Source: an uncultured Candidatus Binatia bacterium (lineage in GTDB: Bacteria > Desulfobacterota > Binatia > UBA9968 > JAJDTQ01). Taken from it: 64,000 bases of DNA. The stretch is taken from NCBI GenBank assembly GCA_965242525.1, contig OZ251459.1:2496001-2560000 (forward strand). Direction: 5' to 3'. Position numbers and translations under genes: made by a program. Below the pieces are notes generated by a model. It saw only the letters and a list, made by a program, of their open reading frames with translations, was not told where the DNA came from and ran no database searches. This document shows, piece after piece, positions 34,701 through 42,750 of the stretch (position 1 is its first letter; each line of letters starts with the position of its first letter).

Positions 34701-35272
34701 CGTTCGCAGCCCGGGGGAAAGAGGTCCACGATGCCGCCGCGGGCGCTGAAGTCGCCGCGCTCCTCCACCAGCGGCGCACGCCCGAAGCCCAGGTCCGTGA
34801 GCTGCCGCAGCAGGCGCTCCCGGTCCACCTCCTGCCCCTCGACGAAGCGCGAGCTTCGGAAGGAGTCCCTGGGCGCCACCCGCTGCATCACCGCGGCCGG
34901 AGTGGTGACCAGCACCGGCGCGGGCTGTTGGGCGAGCCGGTGGAGGCCCTCCATGCGCGCGGCCATGTGCTCCGGGTTCGGGGACAGGTTCTCCAGCGGC
35001 AGGATGTCCCAGCCCGGGAACAGGTGGAGCCGCCGCTCCAGCCCGCCGGCCCCCGCCTCCTCCCCGAAGAAGAAGGAGAGGTCGGCGAACAGGCGTTCCG
35101 CCTCCTTCACGGTGGGCGTCAGCACGACCATGGGGCAGTGGAGGCGCCGGGCCGCCAGGAAGACCGCGTAGGCCGCGGCGCTGCCCCGGAGTCCGAAGAT
35201 CCGCTTTTCGCCGCGCCACTCGCGCGCCATGAGTTGCGAGATCCGGTCGTTCAGTGAAGGTGGCGTGCGCAT
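31778..35272 (-). CDS. mfd: Transcription-repair coupling factor
   Basis: GDVGYGKTEV, DEEHRFGV, TATPIPRTL, QLRGRVGRS, DLEIRGAGN. Confidence 0.98.
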   Translation of the reverse strand: MRTPPSLNDRISQLMAREWRGEKRIFGLRGSAAAYAVFLAARRLHCPMVVLTPTVKEAERLFADLSFFFGEEAGAGGLERRLHLFPGWDILPLENLSPNPEHMAARMEGLHRLAQQPAPVLVTTPAAVMQRVAPRDSFRSSRFVEGQEVDRERLLRQLTDLGFGRAPLVEERGDFSARGGIVDLFPPGCERPVRLELCEDRIDSIREFDPRTQRSRGSRDEFLLLPVREFVSGPQTGRETLFRLEDRADELGFTRKDKRALLESVRQGVRFAGMEFLAPYFHDDPLPSLLAYLPRHGVLWWDQPTRVEEELDRFHKLVAQRAAKAAEEGRFHPGPEALYLDPQGWRREARAFRQVHGESLDTLPPPEEESSTLSVRSYSNADLHGELTRQHGTEPSLAPLVERLGSWRGQRVVFVAAHPGDAQRLQQLLAYYEVDLPVSEGPFRDAAGNGPEIVLGGLTQGVRLPDEGLVLVTLEELWGRRKRDPAGRKRETQGHFVTSLGELRQDDVVVHLDEGVGIYRGLRRLQVAGAEGEFLHLEYQGGDRLYLPIDRINLVQKFIGADGAAPALDRLGGTSWLKLKARTRKSIVAMAKELLQVYATRELHEGHVFPPPDHVYREFEAAFEYEETPDQERAIADTLADMTGSKPMDRLICGDVGYGKTEVAMRAAFLAVMDGKQAAVLAPTTILAQQHLETFRNRFDAYPVRVESLSRFVSGKSVQQSLRDLAAGLIDVVVGTHRLLQSDVAFRNLGLVVVDEEHRFGVSHKEKLKKLRHTVDVMSLTATPIPRTLHMSLAGIRDLSVIETPPPNRLAVRTYVTRYDEGVIRDAILREVNREGQVFFLHNRVESIQRVGERIMDLVPEARVAVAHGQMAPPELKKNMSRFQENDAQVLVCSAIIESGLDYPNANTILINRADRFGLAQLYQLRGRVGRSSRRAYAYLLLPRSGTVTRDAEKRLRALQEHDDLGSGFKLALQDLEIRGAGNLLGREQSGQIAAVGFELYTRMMEETIQELKGEAPRVTVEPEIRLGVPAYFPDDYIPSANQRLLFYKRLANLEDPAQLDEIRDEVRDRYGAYPPVVENLFRVMELRRALIGSLATRAIYQGGRLSLSFHADSKVDVDRLLELAASDPRGFQLSPEGRFSYTPSRTDWPSVIDEACDLLRALC

Positions 35273-35433
35273 TCCGAAGAAGCGGGAGTGTAGCCGAAAG
35301 GAGCCGAAGCCCGCAACGGGAACGGGCCGCGGCAGGGCGGAGTTCGAGCGTGCCGCGGCGGGGTCGGAGTTCGAGCGGACCGCGGCAGGGCCGGAGTTTC
35401 CTTCCCCGGCGCGAGTGCGTTACAGTTGCGGAA

Positions 35434-35726
35434 GGAACCTCTGAACAATCGGGACAGGGGGCATGAGGGGACAGGGGGCATGAGGGGACAGGGGGCATGA
35501 GGGGACAGGGGGCATGAGGGGACAGGGGGCATGAGGGGACAGGGGGCATGAGGGGACAGGGGGCATGAGGGGACAGGGGGCATGAGGGGACAGGGGGCAT
35601 GAGGGGACAGGGGGCATGAGCGCGTCCTTCGACTTCGCTTCGCTACGCTCAGGACGAACGGGGATAGGGCGTCAGGGTGAGGGAATCGGGAATCCATCCT
35701 GGATGTCTCGATTGTTCAGAGGTTCC
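35434..35726. mobile_element. MITE-like element with 18-bp terminal inverted repeats
   Basis: GGAACCTCTGAACAATCG ... CGATTGTTCAGAGGTTCC, flanked by the direct repeat GGAA on both sides; second copy at 60884-61051. Confidence 0.8.
35451..35620 (+). repeat. VNTR, 10 perfect copies of the 17-mer GGGACAGGGGGCATGAG
   Basis: Direct reading, 170 bp. Confidence 0.95.
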
Positions 35727-35776
35727 GGAAGTTGCGGTTACGGAAACATCCCCGTTCGCCCCGGGACGGAAACCCT

Positions 35777-36076
35777 CCGTTCGTCCTGAGCGTAGCGGAG
35801 CGAAGTCGAAGGACGCGGCGTCTCCCGCAAAAGAAGGGCTCTTCCGGCTTTTGTGTGGGTAAGGCAGGAGGGAAAGGGGAGCGAAAGGGAACACGCCGTC
35901 ATTGTTCCGCAGACGCCCACCCCTCGTCATTCCCGCGAAAGCGGGAATCCATACAGGGAACCCATGGGGTTTGCTCGCAGGGTCTGGATTCCCGCTTTCG
36001 CGGGAATGACGAGTTGGGGCTTTCGCGGGGATGACGGGATGGGGAGTGCCGCAACCCACACGAATTCCGGAAGCGT
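35777..36076. mobile_element. REP family B copy plus MITE-like element (35836-36076) containing an inverted REP-A pair
   Basis: Imperfect termini GGGCTCTTCCGGCTTTTGTGTGGG / CCCACACGAATTCCGGAAGCG; near-identical copy at 40261-40457. Confidence 0.75.
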
Positions 36077-36094
36077 CAAAAGAAGGACCGTACC

Positions 36095-37774
36095 ATGGCG
36101 AAGAGGAACCTGAAGGCCGCGAGCGCGCTGCCCGCGATACCGGAGCGGGGCTATCCGGACCTGCACGAGCATCTCCGGCGTCTGGACGACGCCGGCCTGC
36201 TGGTGCGGGTGGCGCGGCCCGTGGACAAGGACCGGGAGATGCACCCGGTGGTGCGCTGGCAGTTCCGGGGCGGCATCCGGGAGCGGGACCGCAAGGCGTT
36301 CCTGTTCGAGCAGCCCGTGGACCCCAAGGGGAAGCGCTACGACATCCCGGTGGCCATAGGCGTGCTCGCGGCCAACCGGCGCATCTACCGCATCGGCCTC
36401 GGGTGCGGCGAAGACGCGGACATCAACGCCCTGTGGAGCGAGGCCAGGACGAACCCCGTGGCGCCGGTGGAGATCCCGTCGTCGGCCGCGCCGGTCCACG
36501 AAGTCGTCCGCACGGGAGCCGAGATCAGGCGCCGGGGCAAGGGCATGGACGGCATACCGGTTCCCATCTCCACCCCGGGCTGGGACAACGCGCCCTACGT
36601 GAGCGCGGCCCACTTCTTCTCGCGCGACCCCGACAACGGGGTCCAGAACGTCGGCACCTACCGGGCCATGGTCAAGGCCCGGGACCGGGTGGGGTGCAAC
36701 CCGTCCATCGAACTGGGGCAGGGGATCTACCGGCACTGGGAGAAGTACCGCCAGCGGGGGGAGAAGATGCCGGTGGCCCTGTGCATCGGCGGCGTGCCCG
36801 CGGTCTCCTACGTGGCGGCCCAGAAGCTGGCCTACGACCTGGACGAGCTGGCGGTGGCCGGGGGGCTGGTGAAGGCACCCATCCGGGTGGTGCAGGCCCG
36901 CACCGTGCCGTTGACCGTGCCCGCGGACGCGGAGATCGTGGTGGAGGGGTTCGTTTCCACCGAGTGGCTGGAGCCGGAAGCGCCCTTCGGCGAGTCCCAC
37001 GGCCACGTGAACCCCAAGGAGTACAACCCGTTCATGGAGGTCACCTGCATCACCCGCCGCAGCGACGCCGTCCTCTGCTCCATCATCAGCCAAGTCACGC
37101 CGTCCGAGTCCAGCGTCATCAAGAAGATGGCTTACGAGCCCCTCTACCTGGAGCACCTGCGCGACGGCATCGGCGTCAAGAGCGTGGTGCGGGTCATGCT
37201 GCACGAGCCGCTGACCGCCACCCAGAAGCTCACCGTGGTCCAGTTGCGCAAGCCCACGCCCGCGGAGGTGTGGCGCGCGCTCATGGGCGCGGTGGCCTTC
37301 CGCCCCTCCATGTCGAAGATCGTCATCGCGGTGGACGAGGACATCGACCCGGACAACCTCGACGCGGTGTTCTGGGCCATGGGCTACCGCTCCAAACCCC
37401 ACCGGGACGTGCAGGTCATGCATGGCATGGACGTGGGCCACGCGCCCCGGCACGACGCCCGGGGGTCCGCGGAAGACTCGTGCCTGCTGTGGGACGCCAC
37501 CCTCAAGGAGAAGCTGCCGCCCATCTCGCTGCCCACCCGGGAATACATGGAGCGGGGCCGGGCGCTGTGGGAAGAGCTGGGGCTGCCGGAATTGGAGCCG
37601 GAATCCCCGTGGTTCGGCTACTCGCTGGGCGACTGGAACGAGGAACTGGAGCAGGAGGCGGCCCTGGCCGTGCGCGGGGAGTACTGGAAGACCGGCGTGA
37701 AGATAGCCCGGCAGCGCCGCTCCACCAACGACACGCCGCCCAACACCTCCTACTACGGCGAGGACGAAGACTGA
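36095..37774 (+). CDS. UbiD family (prFMN-dependent) decarboxylase
   Basis: NVGTYR, VPADAEIVVEG, EAPFGESHG, IAVDEDID. Confidence 0.9.
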   Translation: MAKRNLKAASALPAIPERGYPDLHEHLRRLDDAGLLVRVARPVDKDREMHPVVRWQFRGGIRERDRKAFLFEQPVDPKGKRYDIPVAIGVLAANRRIYRIGLGCGEDADINALWSEARTNPVAPVEIPSSAAPVHEVVRTGAEIRRRGKGMDGIPVPISTPGWDNAPYVSAAHFFSRDPDNGVQNVGTYRAMVKARDRVGCNPSIELGQGIYRHWEKYRQRGEKMPVALCIGGVPAVSYVAAQKLAYDLDELAVAGGLVKAPIRVVQARTVPLTVPADAEIVVEGFVSTEWLEPEAPFGESHGHVNPKEYNPFMEVTCITRRSDAVLCSIISQVTPSESSVIKKMAYEPLYLEHLRDGIGVKSVVRVMLHEPLTATQKLTVVQLRKPTPAEVWRALMGAVAFRPSMSKIVIAVDEDIDPDNLDAVFWAMGYRSKPHRDVQVMHGMDVGHAPRHDARGSAEDSCLLWDATLKEKLPPISLPTREYMERGRALWEELGLPELEPESPWFGYSLGDWNEELEQEAALAVRGEYWKTGVKIARQRRSTNDTPPNTSYYGEDED

Positions 37775-37822
37775 CGGCCCCCGCGGGTCGGCGTCCCCGG
37801 CAAGCGAAAGGACCGGTCGCCC

Positions 37823-38761
37823 ATGGACTACAAGACCATCGAGTGGGCGGTGCGCGACAACCCGCGCCGCCCCGGCGAGCCGTGCATCGGCGTCATCACC
37901 CTGAACCGCCCGGCCCAACTCAACGCGGTGGACCCGCTGATGCGGCTGGAGCTGGACGCCCTGTGCAACGAGGTCGCCCGCAACTCGGTCCTGAAAGCGG
38001 TGATCCTCACGGGCGCAGGACGCGGCTTCTGCGCCGGCGGCGACCTGACCTCGGAAGGGGAAGTGCTGGGCGCGTTCGAGGGCTCCACCGGCATCGAAGG
38101 CCCCTACAAGGAACTGGCGGAGTACTTCCTGAACGACCTGCGGCATCGGGTGCTGCAGAGCGCCATGCGCAAGCTGGAGGACCTGCCCCAGCCCGTGATC
38201 GCCGCGGTGAACGGCCCGGCGGTGGGGGTGGGCCTGGAGATGGCCGCGCTCTGCGACATGCGGCTGGCCTCGGACCGGGCCCGGTTCGGCGAGGTGGCGG
38301 TGCCCGCGGGGTTCGCGCCCGAGAGCGGCGGCGCCCGCAACCTGCCCAAGCTGGTGGGCATCGGACGCGCCATGCGCCTGATCCTCACCGGCGAGGTCAT
38401 CGACGCGGAGGAGGCCCTGCGCATCGGACTGGTGGACGAGGTGGTCCCCCACGAACGGCTCATGGACGAAGCCTTGGCCCTGGCCGGCCGCATCGCCGCC
38501 AACCCCTGGCTGTCCGTGCGCCACGCCAAGCGCCTGGTCAAGATGTACTGGAACTGGAACCGCACCGACGAAGGCTACCGGGAAGAGCTGGAGTCGGTGC
38601 TGGAGATCACCCGCACCCGGGACTGCCAGGAGGGCATGCGCGCCTTCCGGGAGAAGCGCCCGCCCCGCTACACCTACCCCTACGACGCGGGCTGGCCGTT
38701 CCCGGAGAAGGACGGAGAGGAGAAGGACGGAGAGGAGAAGGACGGAGAGGAGAAGGAGTAG
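37823..38761 (+). CDS. Enoyl-CoA hydratase/isomerase family protein
   Basis: ITLNRP, GFCAGGDL, IAAVNGPAVG, EGMRAFREKR. Confidence 0.92.
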   Translation: MDYKTIEWAVRDNPRRPGEPCIGVITLNRPAQLNAVDPLMRLELDALCNEVARNSVLKAVILTGAGRGFCAGGDLTSEGEVLGAFEGSTGIEGPYKELAEYFLNDLRHRVLQSAMRKLEDLPQPVIAAVNGPAVGVGLEMAALCDMRLASDRARFGEVAVPAGFAPESGGARNLPKLVGIGRAMRLILTGEVIDAEEALRIGLVDEVVPHERLMDEALALAGRIAANPWLSVRHAKRLVKMYWNWNRTDEGYREELESVLEITRTRDCQEGMRAFREKRPPRYTYPYDAGWPFPEKDGEEKDGEEKDGEEKE

Positions 38762-38764
38762 GCG

Positions 38765-39988
38765 ATGATCGAAGGACGATCCCGTTCCCCCTCCGTACCG
38801 GGCGCCGGGCGCGGTCTTCTGCGGCGCACGGCGCCCGTGACGACCGCGGCGGCTTCGTTGCTGCGTCCCGCGGTCCCGCTCGTGCTGTCGTTCCTGTTGC
38901 TGCCCGCGTGCCAGGGCGGGGCGGAACAGACGGAGCGACACGCTTCGCGGGAGCATCCGTTCCGGGTGGTCCCCGTGGCCACGGGGCTGGAGCGTCCCTG
39001 GGCGGTGGCGTTCCTGCCCGGCGGCGGCATGCTGGTGACCGAACGCCCCGGACGCCTGCTCCGCGTGGGCGCGGACGGCAGCGTCCGCTCCGTCCGCGGG
39101 ATTCCTCCCGTGGCCGCGGTGGGCCAGGGCGGCCTGATGGACTTGGTGCTGGACCCGGGCTTTGCCGACAACCGGACGATCTACTTCTCCTACACGGAGG
39201 AGGTCGAAGGCGGCGGTTTGCGCACCGCGGTGGCGCGCGCCGAGCTGGCCGGGGACCGGTTGGTCTCGGTGCGCCGCATCTTCGCCATGAACCGCGCGTC
39301 GAGCGACGGTCGTCACTTCGGGTCGCGCCTGGCGTTCCTTCCCGACGGCGACCTGCTGGTGACCGTGGGAGACCGCGGGGAGCGCCACCGGGCCCAGGAC
39401 CCGTCCGACCACGCCGGCTCGGTGCTGCGCATCCGGCCGGACGGCAGCCCGTCGCCGCGCACCGCCGCCCTCGCCATTCCCGGCGCCGCGCCCGAGGTGT
39501 TCACCTTCGGCCATCGCAACCCCCAGGGCTTGGCCCTCCATCCCGCCACCGGCGCCATATGGATCCACGAGCACGGCCCGAGAGGCGGCGACGAGGTCAA
39601 CGTCCTGCGCGGCGGCGCCAACTACGGCTGGCCGGTGGCGACCCACGGCCGGGAGTACGTGGGGGGCAGCATCGGAGTCGGCAGCGAGGCCCCGGGAATG
39701 GAGCCTCCGCTGTTGCACTGGACCCCCTCCATCGCGCCGTCGGGGATGGCGTTCTACACCGGGACCGAGTTTCCGCGCTGGCGCGGCGACCTGTTCGTGG
39801 GAGCCCTCGCCGGCCGCCACCTGCGCCGCATCGTGGTGCGCGGCAGGGCGGTCGTTCTGCAGGAGGCGCTGCTGGAAGACCGACTGGGGCGCATCCGGGA
39901 CGTGCGCCAGGGGCCGGACGGTCGCTTGTGGCTGCTCACCGACGAGCGCCGCGGAGCGCTCTACCGCATCGAGCCGGTGGCGCCGTAG
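38765..39988 (+). CDS. PQQ-dependent sugar dehydrogenase (glucose/sorbosone type)
   Basis: LVTERPG, GQGGL, GHRNPQG, EHGPRGGDE, NYGWP, RIRDV; start codon uncertain. Confidence 0.9.
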   Translation: MIEGRSRSPSVPGAGRGLLRRTAPVTTAAASLLRPAVPLVLSFLLLPACQGGAEQTERHASREHPFRVVPVATGLERPWAVAFLPGGGMLVTERPGRLLRVGADGSVRSVRGIPPVAAVGQGGLMDLVLDPGFADNRTIYFSYTEEVEGGGLRTAVARAELAGDRLVSVRRIFAMNRASSDGRHFGSRLAFLPDGDLLVTVGDRGERHRAQDPSDHAGSVLRIRPDGSPSPRTAALAIPGAAPEVFTFGHRNPQGLALHPATGAIWIHEHGPRGGDEVNVLRGGANYGWPVATHGREYVGGSIGVGSEAPGMEPPLLHWTPSIAPSGMAFYTGTEFPRWRGDLFVGALAGRHLRRIVVRGRAVVLQEALLEDRLGRIRDVRQGPDGRLWLLTDERRGALYRIEPVAP

Positions 39989-40090
39989 GAGCGGTGGAGG
40001 TCTGACAGGTGGACGTCTCCGAGGAGGGCCCTGGAAGCGCTGCCGAAGTTGCGCGGGAGAAAGCGGCTGAAAGAAACCCTGAACCATTAC

Positions 40091-40132
40091 CCCCGTTCGT
40101 CCTGAGCGTAGCGAAGCGAAGTCGAAGGACGC
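40091..40132 (+). repeat. REP family B copy
   Basis: Identical core to 4254-4295. Confidence 0.9.
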
Positions 40133-40162
40133 GCTTTCCTGAAAGAGGGGAAGGAGGATCGG

Positions 40163-40261
40163 ATGTCGGACGAAGTACGCCTGTGGCGGATTGGACCTGA
40201 CGAGAGCTTGAGCGAGGTCCAGCGGGAACCGCTCGACCTCGAGGCGCGCCTTCAAAATTGG
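40163..40261 (+). pseudogene. 5' fragment of a probable NucS/DUF91-like endonuclease gene truncated by a repeat element
   Basis: AGGAGG RBS plus MSDEVRLWRIGPDESLSEVQREPLDLEARLQNW, running straight into the element terminus. Confidence 0.55.
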
Positions 40262-40516
40262 GGCTCTTCCGGCTTTTGTGTGGGTAAGGTAGGAGGGAAA
40301 GGGGAGCGAAAGGGAACACGCCGTCATTGCTCCGCAGATGCCCATACCTCGTCATTCCCGCGAAAGCGGGAATCCATACAGGGAACCCATGGGGTTTGCT
40401 CGCAGGGTCTGGATTCCCGCCCCCGCTTCCGCGAGGACATGCTTTCGCGGGAATGACGGATCCACCCCCCGTCGCTCCCATTCCTCTCCTACCTTACCCA
40501 CACAGCCGGGAGCGCC
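40261..40516. mobile_element. MITE-like element with REP-A pair and inverted termini
   Basis: Left end GGGCTCTTCCGGCTTTTGTGTGGGTAAGGTAGGAG; right end CTCCTACCTTACCCACACAGCCGGGAGCGCC. Confidence 0.78.
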
Positions 40517-40554
40517 GCGAATTCTTTCCCGTGGATAGCCGTGGATAGAACTCC

Positions 40555-42180
40555 ATGAACGACCGTCTCGAAGAGTCGACCGGAAAGGACGCCGGAAACG
40601 GGCCTGCCGCGCCCTGGCCGGGCTATCGGGAGATCCCGGCGCGGCTCAACCTCGTGCGGGAGGTGCTGGAGCGGCCGGTGGCCGCGGGGTTGGGGGAGCG
40701 CGCCGCAATGGTGTGGGACGGCGGCTCGCTGAGCTATGAGGCGCTGTTGCGCAGGGTGGACGGTCTGGCCCGCGGCCTGGAGGAGTTGGGGGTCTCGCCC
40801 GGAGATCCGGTGCTGGTGCAGATGCCCAACTCGCCGGAGTTCGCAACGGCCTTTCTGGCCGCGGTGAAGCTCGGGGCGCTGCCGGTGGCGGTGAACTCGC
40901 TCCTGGGAGTGAAGGAGACCGAAGCCATCCTGGAGCAGACCGAGCCCAGGCTTGCGGTCACCGAGGCGTCCCGGGCCTCTGCCCTGCGGCGGCTGCGCCG
41001 GCCCGCAGGTATCCATACCCTGGTATGCGCCGGCGAGGCCGGTGACGGCGAAGTCGCCTTCGACTCCCTGGTCCGGGAAGAGGAGGGCGTTCCCGCACGG
41101 GACGCTTCCGCCCACGAACCCGCGTTCGCGGTCTGCACCTCCGGCACCACCGGACGGCCCAAGGTCATCGTCCATGCGCATCGGTGGATCGTGGCCCTGG
41201 GGGACCTCAACCGCTACCGACTTCCGCCCGAGGACGGCGACGTGGTCATGGCCACGGGCGAGTGGAGCTTCATCAGCGCCCTGGGCCACAACCTGCTCTT
41301 TCCGCTCCGCAACGGGGTCACATGCGCGGTTCTGTCCGGGCGCGCCGCGCCCGATAACGTGCTGGCGCAAGCGGCCGCCCTGGGCGTCACCGTGCTGCAT
41401 TCCGTGGCAACGGTCTATCGCCGGATGCTGGCCGCGGAGGGGATCGAGGACCGGTACGACCTCCGCCGGCTGCGGTGCGCGCACTCCACCGGCGAGCCCC
41501 TGCGCGAGGCCGCCTACCGGCAATGGAAGTCCCGTTTCGGTTGCGAGATGTACGAGCACTACGGGGTCTCGGAGTACCAGCTCGTGGTGGGGCAGGGACC
41601 CCGGCATCCGGTGAAGCCCGGGTCGGTAGGGGTTCCGGCCCCGGACGTGGGCATTCGCCTCATGGACGACGCCGGCGGCCCGGCGCCGGATGGGGAGGCG
41701 GGGCGGGCGGTGGTCTCCGCCGACGACCCCGGGCTCTTCCTCGAATACTACCGGGACCCCGTGCGCACCGAAGCGGCGCGGGGCCGCGGCTTCTACGATA
41801 CCGGCGACCTGGCCTACCGGGACCCGGACGGCTATTTCTTCATCGTCGGACGGAGCGACGACTGTTTCAAGAGCCGCGGCCTGTTCGTCGCGCCCACGGA
41901 AGTGGAGAACGCCCTCCAGCGCCATCCCGCGGTGGCCGAGGCCGTGGTGGCGCCCGTGCCCGACCCGGAGATCGGCAACCGCGTGCTGGCCGTGGTGGTG
42001 CCGGCCCCGGGCCATGAGCCTTCCGCGGAACTGGCGGAGACCCTGCGCCGGAGCCTCGGGGAAGAACTCGCCCACTTCAAGATCCCTTACCGCATCGACT
42101 TCACCGGGTCCCTCCCCAAGAGCCCGGTGGGCAAGATCCTGCGGAGCGAGGTGGTCCCGGGAAAGTCCCGTTCGGGTTGA
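40555..42180 (+). CDS. Acyl-CoA synthetase (AMP-binding; aryl-/acetyl-CoA ligase-like)
   Basis: TSGTTGRPK, YGVSE, YDTGD, GRSDD, LPKSPVGK. Confidence 0.92.
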   Translation: MNDRLEESTGKDAGNGPAAPWPGYREIPARLNLVREVLERPVAAGLGERAAMVWDGGSLSYEALLRRVDGLARGLEELGVSPGDPVLVQMPNSPEFATAFLAAVKLGALPVAVNSLLGVKETEAILEQTEPRLAVTEASRASALRRLRRPAGIHTLVCAGEAGDGEVAFDSLVREEEGVPARDASAHEPAFAVCTSGTTGRPKVIVHAHRWIVALGDLNRYRLPPEDGDVVMATGEWSFISALGHNLLFPLRNGVTCAVLSGRAAPDNVLAQAAALGVTVLHSVATVYRRMLAAEGIEDRYDLRRLRCAHSTGEPLREAAYRQWKSRFGCEMYEHYGVSEYQLVVGQGPRHPVKPGSVGVPAPDVGIRLMDDAGGPAPDGEAGRAVVSADDPGLFLEYYRDPVRTEAARGRGFYDTGDLAYRDPDGYFFIVGRSDDCFKSRGLFVAPTEVENALQRHPAVAEAVVAPVPDPEIGNRVLAVVVPAPGHEPSAELAETLRRSLGEELAHFKIPYRIDFTGSLPKSPVGKILRSEVVPGKSRSG

Positions 42181-42219
42181 GGGGTGAGCCGGCGCCGGCA
42201 GATCCGTAGCGCGGCGGCG

Positions 42220-42750
42220 CTAAACTGCGATGAAATTCCTGAGAAGCTCGGGGAATCGCTCAACGAACCTGGTTGCGTCGGAGTAGAGGTTGTATATCTC
42301 TTCCGATGTCTTCTCGAGCGTGAAGTCGCTGAAGTCGCGGTGGACCAGGCGATTTCTTTCCCGTCCGATCTCCAGAAACGCCTTGATGGAAGAATTCAAG
42401 CTATCGTCGTCACGCACCATCTGCTCCATACTCTTCTTGAATGCGTCTCCAAAGAGGGCAAAAAATGTATTGGCGTTTCCCGATCTCCAAGCGAACCATG
42501 TGTAGTATTGGCCGGTGATCGCCTTTATGTTGATTAGGTAGGCCAAGGGATGCTTATCGCCTATGATCTCTCTGGCAAAGTCGAACACCGCGTCCTGCAG
42601 GGAACGTTCGAAGTGACTCGCAACAGCGATCAGCAACACTTTCCGAAAGTTTTCATCTGCAATTGTGCGCCACGACACCTCGCCATGGTCTTCCAGGAAC
42701 TTCAGGATCTCCGAGAATTCGGTATGCAGGCCCTCGATTTTCGAGTTCAT
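42220..42750 (-). CDS. HEPN domain protein
   Basis: Helical 176 aa protein with RNRLVH (RxxxxH); ATGA overlap with the DUF262 gene. Confidence 0.78.
   Translation of the reverse strand: MNSKIEGLHTEFSEILKFLEDHGEVSWRTIADENFRKVLLIAVASHFERSLQDAVFDFAREIIGDKHPLAYLINIKAITGQYYTWFAWRSGNANTFFALFGDAFKKSMEQMVRDDDSLNSSIKAFLEIGRERNRLVHRDFSDFTLEKTSEEIYNLYSDATRFVERFPELLRNFIAV

Noticed and set aside
35451-35620. Possible CRISPR array
   Set aside because: Head-to-tail identical 17-mers with no spacers and no cas genes; it is a VNTR
35927-40345. Very long antisense ORFs (1472 aa here; also 30929-35257, 932-3463 and 36031-40005)
   Set aside because: Shadow or alternative-frame ORFs of real genes, caused by stop-codon scarcity at high GC; no recognisable motifs
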